Below are positions 26,260 through 41,200 of a stretch of 64,000 nt of DNA, piece by piece. This stretch comes from Callorhinchus milii (lineage: Eukaryota). Position numbers and translations under genes: made by a program. The notes under the pieces are model-generated. The model had not been told where the DNA came from. It did no database searches and worked only from the letters and a program-made list of their open reading frames with translations. Position 1 is the stretch's first letter; each line of letters starts with the position of its first letter. Location: NCBI RefSeq assembly GCF_018977255.1, contig NW_024704743.1, positions 97,962,001 through 98,026,000 of the forward strand, in the 5' to 3' direction.

Positions 26260-29200
26260 GTAGCTCCTTGTGAACGGTGTACATCCAGAGCACACTCAGG
26301 AGGGATGCTTGTGTGTGTGTGTGTGTGTGTATGTGTGTGTGGGTGTGTGTGGTGGGGGGAGAGGGATGGGGGGTCATCCTCCGAAGCACTGGTTTGGCGA
26401 TGAGTTTCCATGTATGAGAAGTAAACTTTCCCAGAGAACGGTTTATTCCTTCTGGGCTTGTCCATCAATCCATGTCTCTGTCCCGTTGGTAGCGAGCTAT
26501 GTATCTGCGTAATCTGAACAACAATCTATAATTGTCTTGAGTTTCCTCGCGCTGTTGTCTAATTCCTTCCAAGTCTTACTTCGGCATTTGTCTATCTGTT
26601 CGCGCGTCAGTGATATTCATTGTGTCCTATTGGAAAAGAGAAGAGAGTTTCTCTTTCCCGTTGTCCTGGCCAACAATCCCCCAAATCAAATTGGTCGCTC
26701 ACTCCATGACTGTTTGTGGGATATCGCTGTGCGCAACTGGCTGCCGAGATTTGCTTGCAAAATACACAGTCACGGTATATTCTATGAAGTGTTTTGAGAT
26801 GCTCGTTACACAATAAGGCGCTGTATCAAATGCAAGGATTATAGAGACCAGGAAACTGCTCTCTCCCAGTTGTCAGGTGTACCACTGCAGGGAGGGACAG
26901 ATAATCAGAGAGAGGGAGGAGAGATAGGTAGATAAAGAAAGATTTATAGATAGACAGACAGAGAGAAAGAAGTTGGTAGTTCATTGCAGTTCAACTTGCC
27001 TGACCATTGAATGGGACCTTTTAATGTCAATTCTTTCAACCGATCTTTATTGCAGCAAAGAGAAAACGCTTTTTATTTCAAAAACATTCCAAATTATTCC
27101 TCCTGCTGCATGGTTTAACTTAAAGCCCAACTCTCACTAATCCTCTGAGTGCAAGTCTTAGCATCGTAGCCAGGCTCCCTCTAGTGATGAACGGTTGACA
27201 TTTCAAGAAGTCTTTTTTCCCCATTTCCCTGCTAGAACAGTTAAACGCATAGATTAACGCAATGAATGACTTTATTTCAGATGCTGATCAGTATTAATTC
27301 AATGGTCAGTGTAGTAGTTTCAAGTTGCTTTTACTCTGTCCAGAATAATTACAATTTTATTTTACTGTTGACTGTATTTGCAAAACAATCATCATAATCA
27401 AATGTTAGATAAATGTATTTAGTTTTCGGAAAGAGAAATACAGCATTTTCTCATTTTTATTACACAAACATACCTAATAGAGTATCTTTTATAACTGCTC
27501 CAAAATGCAGTAACTTGGTATAAATCATATGCAATTCATCATGCTGTAGAAAGAATAAGCAGAAATAAAATCTATATAAGCAAAGACAAATATGTTGTTA
27601 AATGTAATTGCAATTCACTAATAATTGTGGCCAAACAATCATCAGGTATATGTTTTCATGTCAGAATAACGAACTTGATCAGCGTGATCCAATCATTCAA
27701 TGTAAATTACACCGAGTCGTGAGTTCTACATCTGACACCTTAAAATAGCAGACAACATGTGTGTTTACGATTTAGTAAGGCTATGTGGAAGTGTTACCTG
27801 GGCTGAAGTGATTGAGTTATTGGAGATTAACCCTTCTTTCCATTTATAGATCATGTGCGTCACTTGGCTAAAGCATCCTCTTGCCTCTAATTAGATTAGG
27901 GTGGCCTGTACTTTCCTTTGTTGTGGCTCTAATAGTCAACAGGAGGGATAAATATCTCCATTCAGTCCTTGTAAATATTCACCAGTTTTCAATATATTCT
28001 GAAGCCATTAAAAGCTATCACCCTTTTATTATGTATTTTATTGTGCAGGGTCCATTTAATAGATCAAAAAGGCGAATTATGCATACTGAATTCATTTGGA
28101 TTAAACAGGAACCATTCCCCTACTGGACAAATTTGAAAACATAAAGACTTTGTTATTTGTTTATATGACAACACAACAAAAGACATCTCTATCATCAATA
28201 GGAGAAATAATGCAAAACTGCATCCATGAATTAATAGTATGGTCCCATTCTCTGACCAGTCTAGACGTTCTCAGCTGCAATGTTATATTTACTGTACATT
28301 GGAGTACAAGATCAGGTGGTGAATGCTGAAATCTTGCTGGGAATACAGTGGCTTGTTTTTGTTGTTTCAGGTGATAGCTGAATCTGTGCTGTTCATGTGC
28401 ATGAATATAGCCGGCATCTTTATCAGTTACCTGGCAGACCGAGCACAACGCCAAGCCTTTTTGGAGACCAGGAGATGTATAGAAGCCAGACTACGCTTGG
28501 AAACTGAGAATCAGAGACAGGTAGGGGCAGCAGTAGAGATACTCAATTCCTCTCCCTCCAGCAAACAGGAAACATAACATTCCAACCTTCCTGACACTCA
28601 AAGAATAAAACTGAAATTTGCATTAAGCTTAAAAGTGTTGCAAGAGGAAACAAATAGAAAATATTACAAATGCAATGTTTTAAATAGCAAGTTATTTAAA
28701 ATTTGTACTTAAAATCCCATAATATACAGACCCAGCATCTTAAATCTTTAACGTATTCTACTATCATTGGAATTCATTGGAATATTTTATAAATTCCCAG
28801 TTGGTAAATAATTGCTTGAGCAGTAACTCACAGGTTTCAGAGGGTGACTAGATTGGAACGTCAGCAGGCAAGTGGACCTGCAGATTAACATGAAAACTGC
28901 CTGGACGTTTTGAGAAGCGGTGTTTAGCAATTGCTTACATCCGCTCTGTCTGACCCTCTTTCAGTTTATCCACTCAAGAGTAATCAGGATATGAGGGACA
29001 GGTTGTATAATGCTACCCCCTCGCTTTTTAAACAAGTGCTCTGTGAATCTAAACGGTGCTCTGTGGAGCAAATCACTTTGCTAGTTAATTTAGCTCCAAC
29101 GTGGTGTGTTATTTTGATGTTGCAAAGGTGGCGAATGATATCAGTTTCTCTGCTGCTATCCTACAACCCAGTTGAGGGTTAATGCATCGGTTAAATTAAG

Positions 29201-32200
29201 GCTAGCCTGTTTTCTGGGTGTTTTTGACATGTAGCAAAATCCACACACACTTTAGCTATTGATGCCAGGCATGGTTGTGGATTCATCCTCACTAACGGAA
29301 CCCAACTTAGCAATGTTGCAATTAATATTTGACAGTCTGTTAGGTATTGTTAACTAGTGAATGTAAAGCTAATTTACTCGCATGTTGTTAAAGATGGAGT
29401 GAGAATGTTGCATTGTGGAGTGTGAATTGGATTCCTCAAACACACTGTTCGACGGTCTCCCCAACTTCACTATTCAAAAGATCCAGCTCATTCAGAACTC
29501 TGCTGCCCGCATACTTACCCGGAACCAAACTCCGTACCCACATCTCACCAGTTCTGGTCAAGCTCCACTGGCTCCCCATCACCGAACGGATCAACTTCCA
29601 AGATCCTTACACTCGTGTTCAAATCCCCTCACTCTCTGGCAACTCCCGACCTCTCCAATCTCCTCACTCCCCAATCCACCACCCGGCACCTCCGCTCGAC
29701 TGGCACCAGCCTCCTGCTTGTCCCTCGCACCCTCTGCTCCACCATCGGAGGTTGTGCTTTCAGCCACTACTCCCCAAAACTCTGGAACACTCTCCCTCAA
29801 TCCCTCTGCCTTGCTTCCTCTCCCCGTTTTCAAGTCCCACCTGAAAACCTTCCTGTTCGACCGTGCTTACAGCCACTTCTCCCCACCCCCCTCCCGCTTT
29901 GTTACCAAAATAAATTAGTGACAATTCTCATCATAACCATTTCTAACTCTAAAGAATTGCCCAATTCAGCCCAAGTTATGAATGAGAAATGTCCGAAATG
30001 ATGGCAAGTGGAATAGGAATGAATAGGAAGTTAAAACAAAATGTACAACATTTCAATTGAACAGTAATGTTGAAACCAGTCACGATACAGATGCCAGGCT
30101 GAGGTACGATTAATGTCCTGGTGAGTGCTGGCTGAGGGACTTGCGTTAATAATAAGCCAGTATTTATATAGTATTATGCAGGAAATGCTATTTCAAAATC
30201 GTTGACAACATAATTTGATCATTTATGAATGAAATGGGAAGGTCTTTTTAACTCTTCTTCCATTTTTCGATTGGGTGCCACTGTTAAATGCTTTGAGACA
30301 TCTTTCTGATATGAAAGGCACTTTATAAATGTTAATTGTATTGCATTGAATCACAGTGTCAGAATTCTAGCAAGATATTTGTCATTTAAAAAAAGCTTTC
30401 TCCTTTGTGTTCCCAAAGCTTTCCTCTGGTGTTACAGTTTATATAAGAGTTATCTGTATTTGATTAACGTTTGCCTATAAAAATGGGGTCACTATACTTT
30501 TACAGTAAATGCTATGAAACTCTTTGAGGTGCCCTTCCAATGTGAAAGCCTGTGTATCAAATTCAAGGATTAATATTATAACATGATTGTCTTATTAGGA
30601 TCTCAATATTGCACGATTGCAACAATGAACTGTTACATTGAGAAAAGAAAACCTTTTCATTTTTTCAAATACTCTTGTAGCGTGTTAGTGGTAAGTCTCC
30701 TCACTTGTCACTTATTGAAAATGTGCTGGTTTCAATGCAAGGAAGCTAAAAATAACCAAAATACTTTAAGCAAAACAGCTGATGGATTATCTCTCCCCTA
30801 CTTCCTTACTTCGAGGTTTGTCTCAAGCTGAGTGCTTTTGCATCCCACAGACCAGTAAAACTAATTGGCGTTGATAAAGCTACAATAAAGGGCCTGAGAA
30901 TGAACCCTTTTTCAGTTGCAGTTCTAATTTAAATTACCAATCATTATTATCGAGCTCTAACCCTGAAATCTCTTAAAATGTGTGCAGAAGAAGTGAATGA
31001 AATATTATGCTAACAGTAACTAATTCCAACCTGCCTTCTCATCACTTGGAAAATATTCTTGACTTTTTTTTTAAAAAACAAGATCAGCTTCTAAATTCAG
31101 TCTGACAGAATGAGCTTATGACCGTCCAGATGTCACATAACTACAGTATCCCCTTATGTCACTAATAGCTAGGACAGTCTTGCCAATGAGGTTTACATTT
31201 GCAATTTGCAGTTTTCTTTAATAGCTTAGGACTTCAAGCAAGGAGAATGCAAACATTAGGAATGACAACATTAATCCGGAAACATGTACCTAAATGATAC
31301 GAGAACCAAATGTAACACTATTGGTGCTGTGTGTGGTTGTACAACCAGTTAATTATTTCCCATTCCTTAGCCTCAGAATTTTGCTTCTGGGTCTGAAAAT
31401 TCTGAGTGATGGAAACCCCACATCAGGACTTGAGTTCGTTGTCTTGGCTGTAATCGGGGAGTGCCATTTTACGAGATGTGCTGTCCTTTTAATGAAATGT
31501 TAACCTAAGCTTTCATCAGTCTGTTTCAGTTGAAAATCCCTGACACTATCCAAAAAGAATTCCCTGTGCCTTGGTCAACAATCCTCCTGATAAATCCTCC
31601 TGGTCATTCATTTTATGGTTTTTCATGGAACCTTTTTGGCACAAATATCTGCTGAGATTACCTGCAAAAACATTCACTACACTTGATAGTAATAACCTGT
31701 GAAGCAATTTGAGGTGTTTTTACGTTATAAGGCACTCGAAAAATGCAAGTTCTTTCTTCGTCTCTCTCTCTGGGGAGATGCCAAGCTTCAGTCAGAGAAC
31801 AGGATCCACGACACATTGGATCCAGACGTTTATTCCAGAAGTAATTTGATAATTCATTACGTTGCCAGAAAGTTTAACAAAAATGACTTTCATTAACAAA
31901 ATATACCAAAACTGCGCTGTTATGTCATAAGATAGGAAACAGACTCGCTGTACACCAGCACACTGGCCTGTCGCTTGCATTACATTCAGAGAGTTGAAAA
32001 AGATCTGCAAGACTAATTTTTGGCAACAGTAATCACCAAAAAAGTATGTTCTTATCAAGCTGAGGTATTAAGGGATGGAAGTCATTCTTATTCTGGGCAA
32101 CTCAGGTGTCAAGGAACAGGACTCTTGGGCACAGAAACAGCCACGATCCCTCTACCTTCCCCCTCACTGTGGGGAAAATAGAGGGATTTGCCAAATCTGC

Positions 32201-35200
32201 CAAATTCCAGCACCGATGAATACTGCCTCAAAGCCAACCAATTTTAAACAGTTGTTAAATAAGTCTAAATCAATTAAATAAAAAGATCTTTGTAAATCTT
32301 TGTAAATCCATACCCATTGTGAGCTAGGGTGAGGCTATCTAAGTCACCTTACAATGCCAACACACACAGAGAATGGAGACTTTTGTGCCATCGATCCCAA
32401 TTGATTCAAACCCATATTTTCTCAGTGGTGAACCGACAATGTACAAACCCAGGGAGAGACTCAGTCTACCCGCCCCCAGCACATTTTCTACATCAGCCTT
32501 GTGTTTAAACTGTTGAAAATGTTTTCAGTTTCATCCCACATTTGGAGGGTGACATACTGAAGCATTACTCAGCGTCTGAACAATAATACATTCAATTACA
32601 GACTAATGAAAATAGCTGTTAGGTGGCTATTCATTTGCCATTCTTACTGGCAGACTGAAGGCTCTTTGAAAATAACTATAATTTTTGAACATCAAATAAA
32701 AGAATAACCGCTAACATTTTTTTGCAATTGAGGAAGTGATCTGCTAAAGTACGCACACATAGCCTTCGCACAAACCTTTCATATCCCATCATGTCAGATC
32801 CAATATTGTCACATTAGGTACATCATGAGCTATCAGGGTAAATGAGGCTTTCACACCTTCTGTTGAGTGCATTTTGTAATAAAGTAAGCACTCAGTGCTA
32901 TTAAAATGCAAATATGCAATCTGCAGTTATTTGTTGGTAAGAATCCTACATTTCTATTAGAAGTAAAAGCTCAGCTTTGTTTCTCATTCATTCAATAGCA
33001 CAGTGAGGCTTATTTAGCTCGGATATAGCTGATATCATCTCCACTATGAAATGAAAAATTACGTGCATGTTAGGAATATTAAAAGGAAAATTAATTTCAA
33101 TGGATAAGATATCATTTTATCGATAATCTTTTTATTTTGTTATTGTGAATGTTACTTGCTTCCTTCATATTCCTCTGTTCAGATCAATGTAATATCTTGC
33201 TCTGTTATTTCGGCCACTTCAATCCCTATCTTGTCTTTTTACCCTTGCTAAGAATCTCACACAATATCACAGCATGCTGCGGCCTGCCCTCATTCCATTA
33301 ATCTCATTTAGTAATGAAATTGATGTAATTAGATGATGAGAATGATTTTAAATAGGATTCAGTGACTTCTAAAATATAGCAATAATTTATGACAATGGAG
33401 GTTGAGGCAGGCAATTGCACTGATCAGTAAATTTACCAATTTACAGAATTTCAGCAATTTATTGATTTAGAAGAATTTCATCCTTAAAGATACCTAAAAA
33501 GTGCATCGTCCTCTTTACTAGAGCAATACAGAATCACTGTGAAACCGGCACAATAATGGAACAGCTAGCTAATGAAAGGCATAGCACTACTATTAGGGCA
33601 AGAGTTCTATAGCAGCATTAGGATGTTGATTCATGTCTTTATTCCTCTTTTAATAAGATTCCCAACTCAGCTGTGGGGAGGTGTTCGGTGAAGCCGGAGG
33701 CTACCCCACAAGGAGAGAGGCAAAATCCGAGGCAGCGTGCAATTAGCAGGATCATGAGGGAATGTCCTTTCTCCTATGGGAAAATGCTCATAGTTCAGAG
33801 AAAACAAAGAAAGAGATCAAAACAGATTGTGGGAGAGCAAGAAAATGATAAATGGTTCTCGTATTCTCTTTAACCATTTGACAAACATTGAGTAACAAGG
33901 AAATAGGAGCTAAATCTTTCTGTTTACATTGAAGAAAAGTCATAAACATGCCAACAATTTGATCAATATTTACAATCTTAAATAAAGTGCAAATAGAGTG
34001 TTTCACACTAGGCAAATCATTTGACTAAGTTCCTAATGTTGTTCCTGTGTTTGCTTGGTTATTTTTACACAATTAAGGAGAGGCTGGTTCTTTCAGTTTT
34101 GCCGCGGTTTGTGGTCTTGGAGATGATTAATGACATGTCAAACGTGGAAGATGAACACCTGCAGCACCAATTTCATAAAATCTACATTCATCGCTACGAG
34201 AATGTGAGGTAAGAGACCAACACCTTTCATTCACTATTATCATAAACCTGTGCTTGTTACAGGAAATGCACATGTGTTGAACAGAGGAATGTCTTGCTGG
34301 TGTAAAATTGCAAACAAAAAAAGCCAATTGAATGAAGCTTCTGCTGCAGTCCAGTATTTCTGATCTACATCTTAAAAATATAACAAACCCTATTCCCCAA
34401 CGAACAAACTCATTCACTCATTGCACACAAGGATCCCTAAGCTCATACCCTTTGTAAACTCTGTGCTAAACCACAATGATGGATTGAATTTAAGGCACTT
34501 GTAAAAAAAAAGTAAAGAGTAGTAACCCAAGCTTTCTAAAAGGTTGAGAAAAGAAAATAAGCAAAATCAATACCAATTTCTTGTGGGAAATTAGATGAAT
34601 GATCTAGATGGACCCAGAGTCTGCTCCTGGCTGCAAGTTGTTACAATCTAAGTTGTAGGTTTCTAGAAGGGATCCTTCGGTTTAGATGATATATGAAGCT
34701 CGTATTTTGGTCTGTTTTTTCATTCTAGAAAAAAATGAGTTTTTAGCAAAGTGGACTTTTTTCGATTGGTGATATGGTACAAAGAAGCAGACTCTAACAT
34801 GCGGGGAGTATTAAGATCATTTTTAGAGTTTAAAAAAGCAATTCCCCTTTTTGCTATTGAGTTCAATTCATCCATCAACAACTGTGAAAGACAGTCTTTC
34901 TGATAAAAGTAGGTTTTTGGTCTAAGATGACATAGAATAATGACAAAGTATATTAGCGATAAAATGAGCTAAAATTTGTGACGTGGCTTTTATGTGTTTT
35001 TTAGCTACAAGGAGTGAATGAAGAAGAGATAAGATGGGTGTGTGTTTAGCCACTAACATAAATGGAAATAGTCAGGCTTTACCCCTTACTGTATGTATCA
35101 TTTGAGGAGTCTGAATGAAGAACCAGTTATCTACTCTCTCAGTTGAATAGGTCAAGAAATAGGGGAGGAGGATATTTTAAAATGATCATGACATGGAACT

Positions 35201-38200
35201 TGAAAAAGTAGTTGGCAGGTAGCAAAGTGAATGAAAATAATGTAAATGGAGGTATTGCACTTGAAGTATAATTGATTATGAGATGACATGTTTTGCTGAA
35301 CAAAAAATATTAATAAGATCTTTTCTTATTTTATTTAGCATTCTCTTTGCAGACGTGAAAGGTTTTACCAACCTCTCAACAACCTTGTCCGCACAGGAAC
35401 TAGTTAGGATGCTGAATGAACTTTTTGCAAGATTTGATCGACTTGCACATGTAAGTTGAAATAAATGGGCATAAGATGTTTAACTGAATTGAACGTGAAC
35501 TCTGGTACTATATTCAGTGTAATAAGAGTCTTCAATGTTTATCTTATCTGTTTTTATATATAGACCTCTATGGATTGTTTCAATTAATTCATCTTGAACT
35601 AAATTTCCTTTACTGTTTATATCTTCCAAGTTGTTATAGTTTTTGGTTAATTGATGGATATTTTGAGATGTGGAAATCACCTTAACTTGTATGAATTATG
35701 CCCGCTAGTCTTTATTTCTTTGTGGAAATATATTTTATAGCTACAATCATAACTAAATGTCATTTGGAAATCATTAGATGAGATGTTTAATGAAATGTTC
35801 AGATGGACATCAAAGATCCAAAGTTGAAAAGAAAAGGGAGTTTTCCCCAGGTCCTGGCCAACATTCTTCCAATAAAAATGGTCATTCACTTGATGGCTGT
35901 GTATTGGGCATTGCTTGTGCAAAATGGTTGCCACATTCATCTATAAAAACGCAGTCATTACATTTTCCAGTAAAGCTCTGTAACCTACATTTAGAGATGT
36001 TTTGAAACTTAATAAGATGCTATATCACATGCAGCCATTATTATTATTAGATTAAATTCAAGGATTATTGATTTATGTCCCTTAATGGGACTGATCCTCC
36101 TGGACTATCAAGCCATTTACTGATACAATTGCAAAAGAGAGAAACAAAATCTTTGATGAGCTCTTATCTTCCTTCTGCTATCCTTTGAATGAGATGTGAA
36201 ACCAAGGTCCCATCTGCCTGTTCAGATGGAGGTTAAAGATCCCAGGACACTATTTGAAAAGAGAAGGGAATTTTTCCCGGTGTCTAGACAACAAATCCCC
36301 CAAATAAAATTGGTCACTCACTCCATGGCTAATTGTGGGATATTGTTGTGCACAACTGACTACTGCATTCACCCACAAAATACACAGGGACCTCACTTTA
36401 CAGTATATCCTATGAAGCACTTTGAGATATCGCGAAGACGTGCTAAAGCGTTTATCAAATGCAAGTATTATTATTATTATATATCTTGACGATATATGAT
36501 AAAGCACTAAGGCAAATGTGAGGGTTCTTATCTCTTAAATGTGAAGTGTGTATTTTTTACGAGCTTCAGTATCTGAGTGCTTGAAGTATGTGATGCTTAG
36601 AGCATCAATATCTGAATGCTTGAAGTGTAGTATGTACTTCTTAAGCCATTGATATCTGTCTATATCAGATCTGTGATCAAGCCAATTCTGTTTATAGTGG
36701 GTATTCAATTTCCTGGTAATTTTTGGCAAGGTAAATTGTCTCCTTCAACAAGAAGGTCATTGAAAGTCACCATAGGACTGTTTCATATTAGTGACATCAA
36801 GATGTCAGTCGTGTGTTTTTCATTGCATGTCTTTGCAAATGTTCCAAAACTTACGGGTGTTGATAGGTTATTGCATAGCTTATTGTTTTCAATATTGTCT
36901 TTGAATTAAATTTAAATTACCATTTAGATGCCTTGCAAATTAATTATTTTAAAAGGCTTTCTTGGCTTAGAAATTGGTTAGAAATGGCACTTGGGTCTAG
37001 ATTTGTTTTTTTTTCCTTGGCATTTCAGAGCATTTGGAATTTGGCAAATTGATTAATACAGTACAGTCTTAATTTTGAAGCTAAGTTCTTCCATAAGTTC
37101 TTTTAAAAATGACAGAAAAACAACTTCAAAGTGCAGAGGGAATTCAGTATTTTGCCAAGTTTGGGATGCTTTGAAATGCTAAGAAAATAGAGTAAAACTG
37201 GACCTGAGTGGAATTTCTGTTACCATCCCAGTTTGTTTATATAAGAAAAATAATTAATAGCTTCTTCATGTGCATTTGAAGGGCCATTTTGTTTATCCAC
37301 TTTATCAAGTATTTTATAAAACAAACAAGATAAATGCTGATGTCTCATAAATACAGCAAAAATTCACTGAAATCTTTTTTAAAAAAGTTACTGTTGAAAA
37401 GATTCAAGTATACCCATGTACCTGTTCATATCAAGCACTTAATAAGCTGGGAAGTACCTGTCTAAGAGGATATTCAGAATTCTCTCCCAGATGCCTGAGG
37501 ATCTGAATTAATAACAGATAAATAGTTTGCAAAAGAAAGTGGTCATTCTTAACAACATCTGTGAAAGCCAAGTACGTTTTCACGGTTTCCTTAACTGGCA
37601 TTCAGAGCAAAAGACTACAAAGTACACAAACTCTTAATCTATTAGAATTCATGCAAAAACAATCTATAGGGAAATACAGACTGCTTTAAATTCAGTTACA
37701 AGCAGTTTTAAAATAATTTTCATTTATTTGGCGGGAGGAAATAGACCGCAGTTTCCAAGGCCTAATGTAACCTGTTAGGTTTAACAGTTAGGGGAAAAAA
37801 TTGAGATAAGTTGTGCCTAACAGATCTGAGGGAATGTCTTTGCTAGCATCAAAGAGAAAACCAATTAGATAGAGTTAATACGTTTCATAATGAAATTGGC
37901 ACAGACATGCAGATCTCTGGAGAGGTAACTAGGATGGTAATGTAAATTAGAATGGGTAACTATGAGGTGAAGCCCTTCAGAAAGCAACAATTACTTCAAA
38001 TGACTACTCTGAAAATGGCACTTACTTGATCACTGGGGAGAAGAACAGAATAGCAGCCTGATATAATTTTCGGCACAATTTTAGCTTGTGCAGCCGTTGC
38101 AGTTATTTTTCTATAGTGAAATTAAACACATTTGGCACAACTTAGATCATTGATTTGCTCAAAAAGGGCATCACCTCCTGAAATCACGAAATTTGATGGT

Positions 38201-41200
38201 AATAATTACACGCTCTGAGATGCTACCCCACATGAAGGGCACTACTAATACATGCAAGTTGTTGTTGTCGTTCAAAACTTCATCTGGAAGGTACTTGTTT
38301 AGGTTGGTGTAATGCTTTAATTAGATTTTCTGATTTTTTTTTAAAACCCACCTGGAGTATTTTTTTCCAAACTCTTGTTGTATGCGATCAGTGAGCAAAG
38401 GTGGATTGCTTGCTATTGTTCATATTTTCCTTCAGTAAATATAATTTTCAAGTGTGTTCAACCTTAGATACCACACCACTGCTCCTTCCCCAGAGTATAC
38501 ACATGTGAAAGAAATCAAGTGGAATACAGTTTTCCTTTAATTGTATTGTAATTTTTTTAATCAAAGCGAGGTATAAATATATTTAAGATAAGGATGTATT
38601 TTTATGCTGCAGTATGTGAGGAAATTCCATCGAACAGAATGATGTAGGATTAAATATATATATATATTTACTAACATTTTAGGAGCATCACTGCCTTAGA
38701 ATTAAGATCCTGGGAGACTGTTATTACTGTGTGTCAGGCCTCCCTGAGCCACGCCAGGATCATGCACACTGCTGTGTCGAAATGGGTCTTAACATGATCA
38801 AAACTATCAGGTAATTCCTTCCGATCTGCAGTTAATAGTGAAGTGCACCAGGCCGTAAACTTGGATATTACATTTAAGTCTGTGAATTGAAAGAATTGAG
38901 CTTACTTATGCATAGAATTATTTTACTGTGCATTTAAAGGGTAAAGATTAATGGATATTTTGATTCATTAAATAATCCAATACAATGTTTCTCTGTCCTC
39001 GTTCAATATAGAGACAGGAGTGGCTTCCTGAAACAACACAAGTCATTTGAATTTCATTTTCTAGCCAGCACAGACACCAGTTTCTCAAGAGAAGTGCCGA
39101 AGCTTAAATGCACAATTTAACAGGCTTTTATTTTTTGTTTCTTCAATCTGGACACCAAGTTCAATTCTTAAATGCATTGCAAAATTTAATCTGCGATGAT
39201 GAAGCATTTCCATGTTACGAAACCTTGAATGGGCAAAGAAAAACAAGTTGGGAGTTTTTTTTATGTGTTTTTTTTAAATTGGTCCTATGCCCCAAAAGCC
39301 TCACTCATCTATATACAACACTCAATTACCAATATCTTTCTCACGATCAGACAACTGATGGTGGCGAGATAGGCACCAAAGGTAATGGGTTCTGCCCTTA
39401 GCTGTTGCTTTGAGGCCTGTGACTTCCCAGCCCGGCTGAAATCAATGCTGTAACTCACTGTTTAAATAAACAATAACTGGGGACCAGGAAACCTGATCAG
39501 CCTCCTTTGTTGACATTTAAACATGTTCTCCTCAGCAAGAATTTAATACCATTTAAAAAATGTCAGGATATCGATTGTATTTCAAAAAGGACTTTTTTTT
39601 AAAAAAATAAGGATTTATCAATTCCAAATCTCTTTCAAGTACTCAATACATAATATTCATGCATTAAGGCAAAAAATTAACAATGGATTATTTCAACAAA
39701 GTACAAAGAGCTTTTATAAGAGGAAAAATAGACTCAATTATTTTAAGGAATTTAATATAGGAAAATACAATGTTCATACTTTGGTAGTATCCGACTATAC
39801 CTCACTTCTAATGCAGCTCAAACCCTCGTCGATGCTTTCGTCACCTCCTGCCTCGACTGTTTCAATGCCCCCCCTCTCCAGTCTCCCCAGCTTGATTATC
39901 CACAAAATCCAACTAATTCAAAGCTCTGCTGCCCATATACTCACCCGCTCTAAACTCTGTATCCCCATCACTCCAGTCCTTACCAGGCTCCACTGGCTTT
40001 GTATCATAGAATGGATCGACTTCAAGATCCTAATACTCTTCTACAAACCCCTTTATGCCCTGGCATCTCCCTACCTCTCCACCGTGCTCACTCCCCAATC
40101 CACTACCTGTCAGCTCTGCTAGATTGGCTCCGGCCTCCTGCTTGTCCCTCATCCCCTCCACCATTAGCGGCAATGCTTTCAGCCACCATGCCCCAAAACT
40201 CTGGAACTCTCCCTCATTCCCTCTGCTTTTCTCCCTCCTTCCTGATTTTTGGATTACGCCTGAAGACCTTCCTCTTCGACCATGCTTACGGTCACCTCAC
40301 CCTGGCTTGGTGTCATTCTCCGCCATTGTTAAGGGTTCTGATATGCCACCCTGCATGAAAGGCGCTATATAAATGTTGTTATTATATACAATTATAAACT
40401 GCAAATAGAAAGGCAGGTCAGTACTCTAAGGAAGTTATTCTACTCCAAATAAGTTATACGTTTAAAATTTCATCAGAGATATTTGGGAGGGTACAGGAAC
40501 AATTTGCAAAAGGTACCGATGCATCAGTGGATGTTTGCCAAGGAGTAGAATAACCCTAAATGAGAAATATACAATATACAAACCCAGCTACTTCATAACA
40601 TAATATCTGTAAGATTCCCCTTTTCTCTCTGTCTCTCTCTCACTCTTGTTCCAATAGATATGTGCGAGTCCACACGAAACACGAGATTGACATGCGTATA
40701 GGAATCCACTCTGGGTCCGTGCTCTGTGGTGTTCTTGGGCTTCGTAAATGGCAGTTTGATGTCTGGTCCTGGGATGTGGATATTGCAAATAAACTGGAGT
40801 CTGGTGGAATCCCCGGGTAACTATCAGGCCTTTTAGCACTGTCAGCAATCAATTGCCACGCTATATTAAGCAACATCAAAGCGATATTTGAAAATAAATC
40901 TTTACACTGTTGATGTTTTTGGGAGGGGTGGCAGCTAGCAGGATCTGATTTTTTTTATTTCTTCGGTTTGCAGGAGAATCCATATCTCTAAGGCAACACT
41001 GGATTGTCTAAATGGTGATTACGAGGTTGAAGAAGGACACGGGAAAGAGAGAAACGAGTTTCTCAGAAAGCACAATATTGAATCCTATTTAATAATGCAG
41101 CCAGAGGAAAGCCTGCTCACATTGCCTGAAGACATTATGAAAGAATCGAGTACCTCTTGCGACAGAAGCAACAGCGCCACAACGTTTACTGAAGGTTCCT

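Larger units (their letters stand above)
24180..26260 (+). promoter_or_regulatory. GC/CpG-rich promoter, 5' leader and first exon of ADCY8 (CpG-island-like)
   Basis: Abrupt rise in GC and CpG against the AT-rich flanks; exon 1 codons mostly end in G/C, unlike later exons. The TSS cannot be located from sequence alone. Confidence 0.75.

Noticed and set aside
25312..26403. The 363-aa ORF as a complete single-exon protein
   Set aside because: It starts at a TTG upstream of the Kozak ATG (25399) and reads through the donor at 26260 into the (GT)n repeat; it is ADCY8 exon 1.
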